In this document: positions 29,409-39,307 of the stretch, one piece after another
Layout of the letters: the number at the start of each line of letters is the position of its first letter
Numbering within the stretch: position 1 is the stretch's first letter
Assembly (NCBI GenBank): GCA_029561735.1
Contig: JAKQWZ010000024.1
Coordinates: 1-58,167 of the forward strand
Length of the DNA stretch: 58,167 nt
From: Candidatus Omnitrophota bacterium
GTDB lineage: Bacteria > Omnitrophota > Gorgyraeia > Gygaellales > Profunditerraquicolaceae
Direction of reading: 5' to 3'
Position numbers and translations under genes: made by a program
Notes under the pieces: model-generated
Seen by the model: the letters and a program-made list of their open reading frames with translations, nothing else
The model's database searches: none
What the model was told of the DNA's origin: nothing

Positions 29409-30623
29409 TTATGCCGGTTTAAACACTTTGATCAGATTCCACATCGGCAGGAATACTGCCAGAGCCAGAAGTAGTACCATAACTGCCAGAATAAATATAA
29501 GCAGCGGCTCAATATATGTAGTCAGGTTTTTGATCATATACCCTGACTCAAGGTCATAATAATCAGCTACGCTCAATAATAATTCGTCCACTTTTCCGGT
29601 CTGCTCTCCGACATAAACCATCTGAACCACTGCCTCCGGAAAAAGTCCGCTTATTTTCATTGGCTCGGAAATACCTTTACCCTGACTAACACTTGCCCTG
29701 ATATTCAGTATAGCCCGCGAAATTATCACATTGCCTGCGGTCTTAGCAGACAATTCCAAAATCTCAAGTATAGGCACGCCGCTCTTCATTAATATAGCCG
29801 TGATCCGGGAAAAACGCGACATAGTCAGCATAGTTACCAGCGGCCCGAATACCGGAACTTTTAAACGGATATTATCCCAAAGCGAACGGCCAAAAGGAGT
29901 TTTTAAGAATTGAATAAATCCAACTGTTATTCCGGCAACAGCGATTAAAAATACATACCAGTAATTCTGTATGGCAACGTTTATGGCGATTAATATGCGT
30001 GTAGGCAGAGGCAAGAGAGCATTAAAATGGCTATAAACAAGCGCAAAACGCGGGATAACAAAAGAAACTATGATCATAAACCCCACGCAAAGCACAAAAA
30101 AAGCAATCATTGGATAACGTGTAGCTCCTTTGATCCGGCTTTTTGTGTCCATATCCTGCTCTATCAAAGAAGCCAGCCGCTCCAGGATATTAACCAGATT
30201 GCCTCCGGATTCCGCAGCATGCACCATGCTGATATATATTTCGTCAAAAATCCGGATATGCTTCCTTAGGGCTTCGGAAAAACTTAAGCCTCCGCGGATA
30301 TCCCGGGCAATATCGTCTATAGTTTTTTTGAAAAAAGGATTTTTAGTCTGCGCGGAAATGGCAGTAAGGCTGGTCAACAAAGGCAGGCCGGCTTTTTGCA
30401 AAGCATAAAGCTGGCGGGTAAACCCGCTAAGCTCATACAGGCTGATACGCTGAAACTTTTCTAAAAAACCGGCAGTGGCGGAAAAATGCACCTCTTCAAT
30501 AGACACGGGGACATACCCCATTTCCTGCAATTTACTTGCAGCAGATGCGCTTGTCTCAGCCACTACTTCTCCTGAAACAGCCCTAGCAAATTTATCCCGG
30601 GCTTTATATTTATAGTTAGGCAT
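29409..30623 (-). CDS. pilC: Pilus platform protein PilC/GspF
   Basis: FTRQLYALQKAGLPL, AAESGGNL, VGEQTGK and EPLLI motifs. Confidence 0.93.
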   Translation of the reverse strand: MPNYKYKARDKFARAVSGEVVAETSASAASKLQEMGYVPVSIEEVHFSATAGFLEKFQRISLYELSGFTRQLYALQKAGLPLLTSLTAISAQTKNPFFKKTIDDIARDIRGGLSFSEALRKHIRIFDEIYISMVHAAESGGNLVNILERLASLIEQDMDTKSRIKGATRYPMIAFFVLCVGFMIIVSFVIPRFALVYSHFNALLPLPTRILIAINVAIQNYWYVFLIAVAGITVGFIQFLKTPFGRSLWDNIRLKVPVFGPLVTMLTMSRFSRITAILMKSGVPILEILELSAKTAGNVIISRAILNIRASVSQGKGISEPMKISGLFPEAVVQMVYVGEQTGKVDELLLSVADYYDLESGYMIKNLTTYIEPLLIFILAVMVLLLALAVFLPMWNLIKVFKPA

Positions 30624-30626
30624 ATT

Positions 30627-30836
30627 TTAGTTCTTTAATGTCCATGCCAAATATAATAATACCGCTGCCATTATTAAAAGCACAGCCCCTAAAGCCTTAT
30701 TATGTTTTATGGCATCACCAGAAGCTATTATCGGCTTATTCAAAATCTCTTCCATTTTTTTTAAATCCTTTTTATCCATCATAAAAATTACACCTAAAAT
30801 CAGGCAGATGCCGCCAAAGATTCCTAATATAAGCAT
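30627..30836 (-). CDS. Small two-TM membrane protein
   Basis: ATG at 30836 follows AAGGAGGAG; two hydrophobic helices. Confidence 0.7.
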   Translation of the reverse strand: MLILGIFGGICLILGVIFMMDKKDLKKMEEILNKPIIASGDAIKHNKALGAVLLIMAAVLLYLAWTLKN

Positions 30837-30854
30837 ACTTACTCCTCCTTGCAA

Positions 30855-32528
30855 TTAAGTCTCTTCGGTTACCCTTAAGACCTCTTCTGCAGTGGTTACG
30901 CCGGTTTTTACTTTTTCCATGCCGTCGTCGCGTAACACACGCATTCCCTGTTCAATGGCCTTCTTTTTTATTTCATTGGCTGATCTTTTTGCAGTAACCA
31001 TATTCTTTATTTCCTCGGTTACAGTCAATAATTCAAAAATACCCAGCCTTCCGGTAAAGCCGGTATTGCGGCAATGCATACAACCCTTGCCGCGAAAAAG
31101 CTCTATCTTTTGGGACAAGCCCAGATCCTTTATTATCTCATCGCTGGGAATATATTTTTCTTTGCATTTAGGGCAGACCACCCGCACCAGCCTTTGCGCC
31201 AATATCCCTATTACCGAACTGGCAATAAGAAAAGGCTCAACCCCCATATCAACAAGCCGGGTCAGAGAACTTGCCGCGTCATTAGTATGCAAGGTTGATA
31301 AAACCAAATGCCCTGTCAAAGACGCCTGTATGGCAATGTCTGCTGTTTCTTTATCGCGGATCTCTCCTACCATTATTATATCCGGGTCCTGCCTTAAGAT
31401 ACTGCGCAGTCCATTGGCAAAAGTCAACCCTGCCCGGGGATTAACCTGCGTCTGGCGGATAAGCGGTATTTCATATTCAACCGGGTCTTCTATGGTAATT
31501 ATATTCTTCTCAATAGAATTAATCGCAGAAAGCGCTGCATAAAGCGTTGTGGTCTTTCCTGAACCAGTCGGGCCTGTAACCAGCACTATGCCGTTAGGGC
31601 GGCGGACTAATTTATCAAATTCAACCAGATCCTTACTAGAAAAACCCAGCTCTTTTAGGCCCAAAATCACCGAGCTCTTGTCAAGTATCCTCATTACTAT
31701 ATTCTCGCCGTGCATAGTCGGAAAAGTAGACACCCTTAAATCCAAAGATTTGCTTTCCATCTTCAACTGGATCCTGCCGTCCTGCGGATTGCGTATCTCG
31801 GCAATATCCATCTTAGCCATTACTTTTACGCGCGAGGCAAGTGCGCTCTGCAGATGTTTAGGGATCTGCTGGACTTCATGCAGGATCCCGTCAATACGGA
31901 AACGGATAAGCACTTTATCGTCCGCCGGCTCAATATGGACATCCGAGGCTTTATCTTTAACTGCCTGCAGTATTATTAAATTTACAAGTTTTATTACCGG
32001 CGCTTCTTCTGCTGCGCCGGCAAGGCCTTTTACGGACTTTGCCGAAGCATCCATCTTCTCTTTAGTCATGCCTTTAACCAGCTCTTCGGCGCTGCCAATA
32101 GCCCCGTAATACTGGTCAATAACGCCCTGGATCATATCCGGCGTAGATAAAACCGGCTCTACAATGTCAAATTTACTCTTTATCCTGATCTCGTCCAAAG
32201 CCGCAATATCTTCCGGATCAGCCATAGCCACTGTCAGGCTGCTGCCGATTTTAAATAAAGGCACGGCTTTATATTTATTTGCCACAGCTTCAGGGACCAG
32301 CTTGATTACTTCCGGGTCAATAAGATAATCCGATAAATCTATAAAAGGTATGCCTAAAGAATCTGCGTAAACAGTAGCAATATCTACTTCAGAAATAAAC
32401 CCGAGTTTTTCCAAAGCCTTTTCCGTAGTCATACCGGTTTTCATTGCTTCTTCTTTGGCTTTATTAATCTGGCCTTCTGTAATTATGCCTTTTTTGATCA
32501 ACAGGTCCGCGCTTACTCTACTGCTCAT
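30855..32528 (-). CDS. pilB: Pilus assembly ATPase PilB/GspE
   Basis: Walker A GPTGSGKT, TIEDPVE, LRQDPDIIMVGEIRD, TGHLVLSTLH and a tetracysteine motif (CPKC...CMHC). Confidence 0.95.
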   Translation of the reverse strand: MSSRVSADLLIKKGIITEGQINKAKEEAMKTGMTTEKALEKLGFISEVDIATVYADSLGIPFIDLSDYLIDPEVIKLVPEAVANKYKAVPLFKIGSSLTVAMADPEDIAALDEIRIKSKFDIVEPVLSTPDMIQGVIDQYYGAIGSAEELVKGMTKEKMDASAKSVKGLAGAAEEAPVIKLVNLIILQAVKDKASDVHIEPADDKVLIRFRIDGILHEVQQIPKHLQSALASRVKVMAKMDIAEIRNPQDGRIQLKMESKSLDLRVSTFPTMHGENIVMRILDKSSVILGLKELGFSSKDLVEFDKLVRRPNGIVLVTGPTGSGKTTTLYAALSAINSIEKNIITIEDPVEYEIPLIRQTQVNPRAGLTFANGLRSILRQDPDIIMVGEIRDKETADIAIQASLTGHLVLSTLHTNDAASSLTRLVDMGVEPFLIASSVIGILAQRLVRVVCPKCKEKYIPSDEIIKDLGLSQKIELFRGKGCMHCRNTGFTGRLGIFELLTVTEEIKNMVTAKRSANEIKKKAIEQGMRVLRDDGMEKVKTGVTTAEEVLRVTEET

Positions 32529-32543
32529 CTTGCCTCCAGTGCC

Positions 32544-32912
32544 TTATTTTAAAAAATCTTTTATTTTCATCAACAGTAGTTCCGGCTCAAAAGGCTTGGT
32601 AATATAATCATCAGCCCCTACTTCCATCCCTACTTTTTTATCAGCTTCCAGAGCCCGGGCAGTAAACAAAATAATAGGTATTTTTTTGTATTTTTCGTCA
32701 AATTTAAGCATCCGGCAGACTTTGTAGCCGTCTATCTTGGGCAACATCAGATCCAAAATGATCAAATCCGGCATTTCTTTTTTTGCCACATCCAGGGCCT
32801 CTTTGCCGTCATAAGCAGTGAGCACCTGATAACCGTTTGCCTCAAGCCGCATTTTGACCAGCTCAACCAGCTGTGCTTCATCATCCACTAAAAGTATTCT
32901 CTTCTTAGCCAC
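32544..32912 (-). CDS. Single-domain response regulator
   Basis: LVDDE, ILDLMLP (phospho-Asp), TA and KPF motifs; GTG start after GGAGG. Confidence 0.92.
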   Translation of the reverse strand: MAKKRILLVDDEAQLVELVKMRLEANGYQVLTAYDGKEALDVAKKEMPDLIILDLMLPKIDGYKVCRMLKFDEKYKKIPIILFTARALEADKKVGMEVGADDYITKPFEPELLLMKIKDFLK

Positions 32913-32927
32913 ATTGCCTCCGTATAA

Positions 32928-33314
32928 TTATTTCTTGTACCTATCCGATACGCTTAAAGCAGAAACTACATGCTCAACTTCCCTTTGCAGGTCTCCGGTT
33001 TTGACTATATAACCGCAAGAGCCGAATTTTTCGGATAATTTAAACATCTCATCGGTTGAATAAGCGCTTATCATAAAAACCGGCAGTTTCTTGTCTTTTT
33101 TGCGTATCCGCTTAAGCACTTCCAGCCCGTCAATGCCCGGCGGAAGCATCACATCCAGCAATACAGCATCGGGCTTTTCTTTGGCAATCTTCTCCAATGC
33201 CTCAATACCGTTTTGGGCAGTTACCACTTTAAACCCATTAGCCTCCATGCGTATAGAAAATAATTCAAGAAAGTCAGGCTCATCATCTACAATCAGAACT
33301 GTTTTGTTCCCCAC
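32928..33314 (-). CDS. Single-domain response regulator
   Basis: IVDDE, LLDVMLP, SA and conserved Lys; GTG start after GGGAG. Confidence 0.9.
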   Translation of the reverse strand: MGNKTVLIVDDEPDFLELFSIRMEANGFKVVTAQNGIEALEKIAKEKPDAVLLDVMLPPGIDGLEVLKRIRKKDKKLPVFMISAYSTDEMFKLSEKFGSCGYIVKTGDLQREVEHVVSALSVSDRYKK

Positions 33315-33381
33315 TTTATTTCTCCCTTACTGCATTCTAACAAGCAAAACGAACCTGTCAATAGGATATATTAGGGTGGAG

Positions 33382-36300
33382 TTAAGCTTTGGCCTTTTTG
33401 ATCAGCTCATCCTCGTTACGCGCATCATCAGGATAACTTGACGCACCCATATGAAGCTTTATTTTGTCTTTTAGGCCTTTTTGAGCAAGATAATCAATAA
33501 GCGCCTGCTCTATCCTGCCTTCAACTCTCAACACATCATCTTTACTGCAATCAATCAAAACGATGATAATCTCGCCGGTATCTCTTATAACCATATCGCC
33601 TTCACGGCGCAAAGCGCTCTTTATTATTTGTTCTAGGGCTTTGAGCATACCGCGAACCTCTGTTTCAGGGATTTCTTTGCGCAGGCGGTTAAAGTCATCA
33701 AGAGAAACCATGAGCACCGACATCTTAAGGTTCTTTTTTAAAGCTTCGCTCATCCCCTGCTTAACAGTATCCTTGAATAATTCAGCCGAAGAATACTTGG
33801 GTAGATAAAAACTAAAAACGCTCCCCTTTCCAAGTGAGCTTTCAACCTTCATCTGCCCCTTGTGCAACTCAACTAATGCCTTGGCAATTGATAAGCCCAG
33901 CCCTGTGCCTTTTTCGCCTGCCCCGTCAATACGGGAAAATTGCTGAAATTTTTCAAATACCCGCGGCAGATCATCCGCAGATATCCCCGCCCCCGTGTCA
34001 GAAACCGAACACTCTATCCTGTCTTCTTTCTCTGAGCAGGAGATCTCAATGCCGCCTTTTTGAGTAAATTTATAAGCATTGCCGATCAAATTGGTTAAAA
34101 CCTGCACAATCTTATCCGGGTCAACATACGCTATAATAGGCTTATCAGGCAACTTTAATTTCAAACCCAGGCCTTTTTCGCCTAATCTAAGCTCAAAATT
34201 AGCAGCAGTTTTTCTGGCCAATTCATTTATATCCACAGGTTCACGTTTTAATTCAATTTTTCCCGATTCAATTTTAGAAATATCCAGAAGATTATTAATA
34301 ATACGGGCAAGCCTATCCATATTGTCCCGTGAAGTAAGCAGGATCTTGCGCTGCTGCGGATTGATCTTTCCCGGAATGCCGTCCAACACAAGGCTGACGC
34401 CTTCTTTGGTAATTGATAACGGAGTACGCAATTCATGAGAAACAGTTGAAACAAACTCTGACTTCAAAGCGTCAATCTCTTTTTCTTTGGTAATATCCCG
34501 CAAAATAACCACCGTGCCGATAGCCACCTTAGCCGCATTTTTGACCGGAGTAAGTTCACAACGCAAAAAATGCCCCTGATAATTAGTAGCTTCTTGGCTA
34601 ATAAACCGGCGGCTGGTAATACATTCCTGATAGGCATTATCCAGTTTCAACGCCTTAAGCCTGTTTAAAAGCGTATTGCTGTCTATTTCCTCGTTAAAAC
34701 CAAAACCGAGCATCCACCTGGCCTGCGGGTTAATGATAACGATCTTATCTGATTCATCAAGCATTATCACGCCTTCAGCCATGCTGACTACCATACTCTC
34801 CATTTTTAGCTTATCTGAAACTATTTCTTCACGGGATTTGATTAAAGCTTCTTCTGCGTGTTTGCGCTGAGTAATATCAAGGCTAAAACCTATTATCCCT
34901 ATAACGTTACCCTGGGTATCCCTAAAAGGAATTTTATCTGTCTGGACCCAAAGTTCGCCCTTGACTGATTTCATTGTCTCAATAATGCCGAATTTAGGCT
35001 TGCCTGTTTTAATAATTTCAAGATCATCTTTCCAATACCTTTGCGCCTCTTCAAGGCTGTAAAGATCAAAACAGCTTTTGCCTTCAACTTTATCTTTCGG
35101 CATGCCGACAGCATCTTCAAGCGCTTTATTAGTGCGAATAAACCTGTTTTCCTTATCTTTAAAAAATACCATTGCCGGAACCGAATCCAGGATTATCTGC
35201 TGCTCGTCTTTCTGCTTACGCAATGCCTCTGCCATTCTTACCTGTTCGCTGATATCGCGTACCGTAGCCTGAATAATATCCTTTCCCTTGTATTTTAATG
35301 CGGTAAGAAGCACTTCTGCATTAAAATCAGGCCCGTTTTTACGTTTATGGACCCAATTAAAATCATCATGGCCTGTTTCAAATGCTTTCTTAATGTGGGC
35401 TTTTGAAGCAGAATCGGAATCTTGGCCATCAGGCTGGAGCGCAGGGGAAAAAACAGCAGGAGATGTATTGATAAACTCTTTAACATCTTTAATGCCGAAT
35501 ATTTCTAAAGTACGCTTGTTACAATCAAAGAAAACGCCTTTTTCATCCAGCAGCATTAATGCGTCCCCCGAAGATTCATAAAGTGCCCTGAATTTCTCTT
35601 CGCTGTCTTTTAGCTCTTCCTGGATCTTCTTTAACACGCTGATATCTTTGGCAATATGCACTGAACCGGTTAATTCTCCTTTCTCGTCAAAAATAGGCGA
35701 AGTAGTGATTAAAAGCGGCATTCCCAGGTGGGCATCATCAACTTCTTCGGTATGCGGCTGTTGATCTTGCAAGGTCTTTTTAAAGGGGCAATTCATCCAT
35801 GGGCTGCCGGTCTTATGCATTACCTCATGGCACTTCTTCCCCTCAATATCTTCGGGCTTAAGCCCAAGGGCCTTGCACATAGCCTGGTTGACCTTAATAA
35901 TTATAAAATCCTTATTCTGAATAAAAACCAAATCAGATATAGCATCAAATGTATTTTCCCATTTTTGCGTAGCCTGAAAAGCCTGAACCTGAGCGGCCTT
36001 ACGTTCAATAATTTCCTTTTCAAGTAATTTATTTGCCGAAGCCAGTTCATCTGTGCGCTGTAAAACCATTAGCTCTATTTTTTCGGCTCTTCGTATTATA
36101 ATAAACATTACTTCTGCCGAGAGCGCAGTGAGCAATAAGCCGCATATTAATATCAGCCATGCCTGCCAGAAATTCCATTGGCTAAAGAATAACGGATTAG
36201 CCTCTGCCACTATCTTCCATTTTCTGCCTGCAACATCAAATTCGCTCTCAATGGAAAACTTATCAAGCGACTTGGCAAATAAGACTATAGGGCTCAAACT

Positions 36301-37137
36301 AACCGGTTTATCCGGCAGCGTTTCGTAATGATAGAGCAGGCTTTCATCAGGCAAGGCGCTTTGATCGTAAATACCTACATTGATCCCTGCCCGAGACAGG
36401 CCTGCCAGAGAATTCTCCAGAGTTTTTTTAACTTCAAATACCAAAGCCAGGAAGCCTAATAGGTTATCCCGCCTTTGAATACTTGAATTTAGAAGCGCCC
36501 CCTTGCGGTATAAAGGATAAAAAATAAGGCAAGAATAATTTTCTGTTTCTACTCCGATCCTTTTTGTCCTGGCAGTAATGGCAGAAGAGCCCGTATCCCG
36601 CGCCATTTCCAAAGCAGCAGCGCGTACTGGCTCTGAAAGAAAATCAATCCCAAAAGGAGTAAGATTATTGTCAATTGCTTCAATAAACGTCACCGGATAA
36701 TAATGCGGCTTTTCGCGGCTTCTATTTATACTGCCATCCGGATATAATTCAAGTATTTCAAAATCAGAAGAAATATCTTTCCGAACACTCTGTTCAAAAG
36801 AAAGCCTGTCTTTACCTTTAACTGCGGGTATCCAGAATAAAAAAGTAATAGAGTCCCTGAATTTAAATATATTATTAGCAAATAGCTTGAATTCTTTGCG
36901 GTTAACCGCTTCGCTGGAATCAAAGAAACTGGCAACAGAATATAATGTTTCAAAATGGTCATCTAACCTTACCCTGAAAAGATGGATCCTGTCTTCGGCC
37001 AAACGCTCAAACTCTTCTTTATGCTGCTTAACCTCCCATCGGATATCAATAAAAAACACTAAAAAAGACAAAAAAAGGCCCACAATAATAGCGCCTAAAA
37101 CATAAAATGAGATGCCTCTGGTATATTTATTCTTCAT
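33382..37137 (-). CDS. Membrane sensor histidine kinase: CHASE + multiple PAS + HisKA/HATPase + degenerate GGDEF
   Basis: CHASE (YYPVTFIE, AALEMARDTG) between TM helices; 3-4 PAS/PAC domains; VSHELRTPL; NLIGNAYKF; GTGLGL. C-terminal RREGDMVIRDTGEII and MGASSYP. Confidence 0.9.
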   Translation of the reverse strand: MKNKYTRGISFYVLGAIIVGLFLSFLVFFIDIRWEVKQHKEEFERLAEDRIHLFRVRLDDHFETLYSVASFFDSSEAVNRKEFKLFANNIFKFRDSITFLFWIPAVKGKDRLSFEQSVRKDISSDFEILELYPDGSINRSREKPHYYPVTFIEAIDNNLTPFGIDFLSEPVRAAALEMARDTGSSAITARTKRIGVETENYSCLIFYPLYRKGALLNSSIQRRDNLLGFLALVFEVKKTLENSLAGLSRAGINVGIYDQSALPDESLLYHYETLPDKPVSLSPIVLFAKSLDKFSIESEFDVAGRKWKIVAEANPLFFSQWNFWQAWLILICGLLLTALSAEVMFIIIRRAEKIELMVLQRTDELASANKLLEKEIIERKAAQVQAFQATQKWENTFDAISDLVFIQNKDFIIIKVNQAMCKALGLKPEDIEGKKCHEVMHKTGSPWMNCPFKKTLQDQQPHTEEVDDAHLGMPLLITTSPIFDEKGELTGSVHIAKDISVLKKIQEELKDSEEKFRALYESSGDALMLLDEKGVFFDCNKRTLEIFGIKDVKEFINTSPAVFSPALQPDGQDSDSASKAHIKKAFETGHDDFNWVHKRKNGPDFNAEVLLTALKYKGKDIIQATVRDISEQVRMAEALRKQKDEQQIILDSVPAMVFFKDKENRFIRTNKALEDAVGMPKDKVEGKSCFDLYSLEEAQRYWKDDLEIIKTGKPKFGIIETMKSVKGELWVQTDKIPFRDTQGNVIGIIGFSLDITQRKHAEEALIKSREEIVSDKLKMESMVVSMAEGVIMLDESDKIVIINPQARWMLGFGFNEEIDSNTLLNRLKALKLDNAYQECITSRRFISQEATNYQGHFLRCELTPVKNAAKVAIGTVVILRDITKEKEIDALKSEFVSTVSHELRTPLSITKEGVSLVLDGIPGKINPQQRKILLTSRDNMDRLARIINNLLDISKIESGKIELKREPVDINELARKTAANFELRLGEKGLGLKLKLPDKPIIAYVDPDKIVQVLTNLIGNAYKFTQKGGIEISCSEKEDRIECSVSDTGAGISADDLPRVFEKFQQFSRIDGAGEKGTGLGLSIAKALVELHKGQMKVESSLGKGSVFSFYLPKYSSAELFKDTVKQGMSEALKKNLKMSVLMVSLDDFNRLRKEIPETEVRGMLKALEQIIKSALRREGDMVIRDTGEIIIVLIDCSKDDVLRVEGRIEQALIDYLAQKGLKDKIKLHMGASSYPDDARNEDELIKKAKA

Positions 37138-37148
37138 TGAATAAGAAA

Positions 37149-37192
37149 AAACCCGTATTTTCTATTTTATAAAAAAATAGAAAAACGGGTTT
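37149..37192 (-). terminator. Long AT-rich hairpin followed by a T tract, 12 bp before the kinase start
   Basis: AAACCCGT/ACGGGTTT plus TTTTCTATTT/AAATAGAAAA arms; TTTCTT follows on the minus strand. Confidence 0.55.
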
Positions 37193-37290
37193 CAATAAGT
37201 TCAGCTTTGGGCCTAAACAAGCGGACCGTATAATAATACCCCCCCCTGATTCCTTACACTAATCTATACGCAACAATAAGTTATATACAT

Positions 37291-37318
37291 ATATTATATA
37301 ATATTGTGTTTTTGTCAA
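37291..37318 (-). promoter_or_regulatory. Candidate sigma70 promoter TTGACA-N16-TAATAT
   Basis: Minus strand reads cattgacaaaaacacaatattatataatat. Confidence 0.45.
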
Positions 37319-37366
37319 TGGAATAAGTAGGAATAAGCCAATTGAGGCCCCAATAATTACAATAAC

Positions 37367-39307
37367 CTATGCACGAATTGATTTGAGGAATTTCGCGAGG
37401 TCTTTCTTGTCGGCCTTGCTTAAGCCTGAAAATTCAATACCGACTTTATACTGCTTTTTAAAATGATTTTTCGGCTCTGCTTCGCTGATCCAGGCAACCC
37501 TGCCAACGAGTTCAAGATTTTTTTTCCGGGTTGGGATCTTCAGCCGGACAACCAGTTTTGAATCAGTGGGCATTCTCTTATCAGAAGTAAAACATAATCC
37601 GCCTATGGATATATCAATCCCTTTGCCGTCATTGCTGCCAAACTGCGGATGCAAAATTTCAATCTGCCCGCGATAAATAAACCTTGTATTACGCCTTTTG
37701 TTAGCTCCGATATTAATTTTCTGCATCCTGATATTAGCCGGTACGTTCTGTGCAAAACCCTTAAAAGATTCGGTTGGAAAATCAATTAACCCGATATTAA
37801 AGAAAATATTATTCATTCCGGATTTCTGAAGGAACCTGCCCAGCCGCGCCTTTAATGAACCTGCCAATCTGGATGCCTGGGCCGGGTGGCTTGCCACAAA
37901 AATAACCCCGCATTCGCCCTCTTTAAAATCAGATATAAATAGGCGGCAGTCTTCTGTATTGCAGAGCTCTTTCAATACCTGCTCAATCAGCTTAATTATC
38001 CTGTTGAGCAGCCTCTGGTTGCGCCTGCCCAAAATTGATTGGAATTCTTTGTACCGGATAATCTTGACATTTAAAAGATAAAGCGCAAAGCCTTTCTTAA
38101 TCAGATCATTTATCTTGCTGCGGTTATCTTTATTCAGGACATTTGCAGTATAAAGCCTGGGGATAGTAAAATAAAATTTACTGCCTACGCCGGGGACAGA
38201 GTCCACCCAGATATCGCCGTTTATAATTTTAAGCAGCTCTTTGACTATTGATAAACCCAACCCGATTCCCCTGTTTTTTCCCGCAGCAGTATTAGATATT
38301 TGCAAAAACCTGTCAAAAATCTTCTGCTGGTCCTGTTTAGAAATACCAACGCCGGTATCAATGACCCCAAACCTGACCTTATCTTCAAATATTTTTACCT
38401 CTACCTGAACGCTGCCTCCTTCTTCGGTAAACTTTAATGCATTATCTATCAGGTTTATTAAAATCTGGGTTAATCTTTCCGCATCCACAAATATGTTCAA
38501 ATGCCGGTTAAAGAATTTACAAGACAGGATGATCCTTTTTTCCAAGGCAATCCTGTTAAAATGCTCAATAAGCTCTTTTACCAGATCTTTGATATTAATA
38601 AGCGAATAACACAGCCTGATCTTGCCTTTTTCAATGCGGGATATTTCCAGCAATTCCTCTATTATCTTATTCAGCCTTTCAGTACTGTCCTTTGCTTTTT
38701 GCAAAATATTCTTTTGCGATGGGTTAAGCTCGCCCTTAACACCGTCCAGGGCCAGAGTAACCGCTTCTTTGGCTATTGCCAAAGGAGTCCGCAATTCATG
38801 AGAAACCACAGAAATAAAATCAGTTTTTAACCGGTCTATTTCGCGCAATGATTCCAGCTGCTTTTTCATCTTCTCGCCCTGCCTGCGCAAAGCTTCCAAC
38901 TGCTGGCGGTGGGTAATATCCCGGGTAATCCCTATTAAGCCGATAATCCGCCCCTTCTCATCAAAACGCGGCACCTTTGTCGTTGAAACATAATTATCCA
39001 CGCCGTCCGGCCGCGTCGCCCTTTCAACCTTATCAATTATTGGCTTGCCTTTTTCCATTACCATACGGTCGTCTTTAGCCATCATCATTGCGCGCTCGCG
39101 TGGAAAAAAATCAAAATCGCTTTTTCCGGATACCTGCCCCGGCTCAAGGCCCAAGCCGCGGGCATGCGCCTTATTTACATAAATAAGTTTTCCTTTTTTA
39201 TCCTTAAAATATATAACATCAGGTACATTGTCCATCAGCTCCTGAAAAAGAACGCATTTTACTTTAGATCCCAAGCTCGTGGATTTAAGTGGTTTCTTTC
39301 TGCTCAT
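37367..39307 (-). CDS. Cytoplasmic PAS histidine kinase with degenerate GGDEF-like and C-terminal PilZ domain
   Basis: PAS (NVPDVIYFKD), VSHELRTPL, NLIDNALKF, GIGLGL. PilZ motifs RRNTR (RxxxR) and DISIGG (DxSxxG). Confidence 0.88.
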   Translation of the reverse strand: MSRKKPLKSTSLGSKVKCVLFQELMDNVPDVIYFKDKKGKLIYVNKAHARGLGLEPGQVSGKSDFDFFPRERAMMMAKDDRMVMEKGKPIIDKVERATRPDGVDNYVSTTKVPRFDEKGRIIGLIGITRDITHRQQLEALRRQGEKMKKQLESLREIDRLKTDFISVVSHELRTPLAIAKEAVTLALDGVKGELNPSQKNILQKAKDSTERLNKIIEELLEISRIEKGKIRLCYSLINIKDLVKELIEHFNRIALEKRIILSCKFFNRHLNIFVDAERLTQILINLIDNALKFTEEGGSVQVEVKIFEDKVRFGVIDTGVGISKQDQQKIFDRFLQISNTAAGKNRGIGLGLSIVKELLKIINGDIWVDSVPGVGSKFYFTIPRLYTANVLNKDNRSKINDLIKKGFALYLLNVKIIRYKEFQSILGRRNQRLLNRIIKLIEQVLKELCNTEDCRLFISDFKEGECGVIFVASHPAQASRLAGSLKARLGRFLQKSGMNNIFFNIGLIDFPTESFKGFAQNVPANIRMQKINIGANKRRNTRFIYRGQIEILHPQFGSNDGKGIDISIGGLCFTSDKRMPTDSKLVVRLKIPTRKKNLELVGRVAWISEAEPKNHFKKQYKVGIEFSGLSKADKKDLAKFLKSIRA

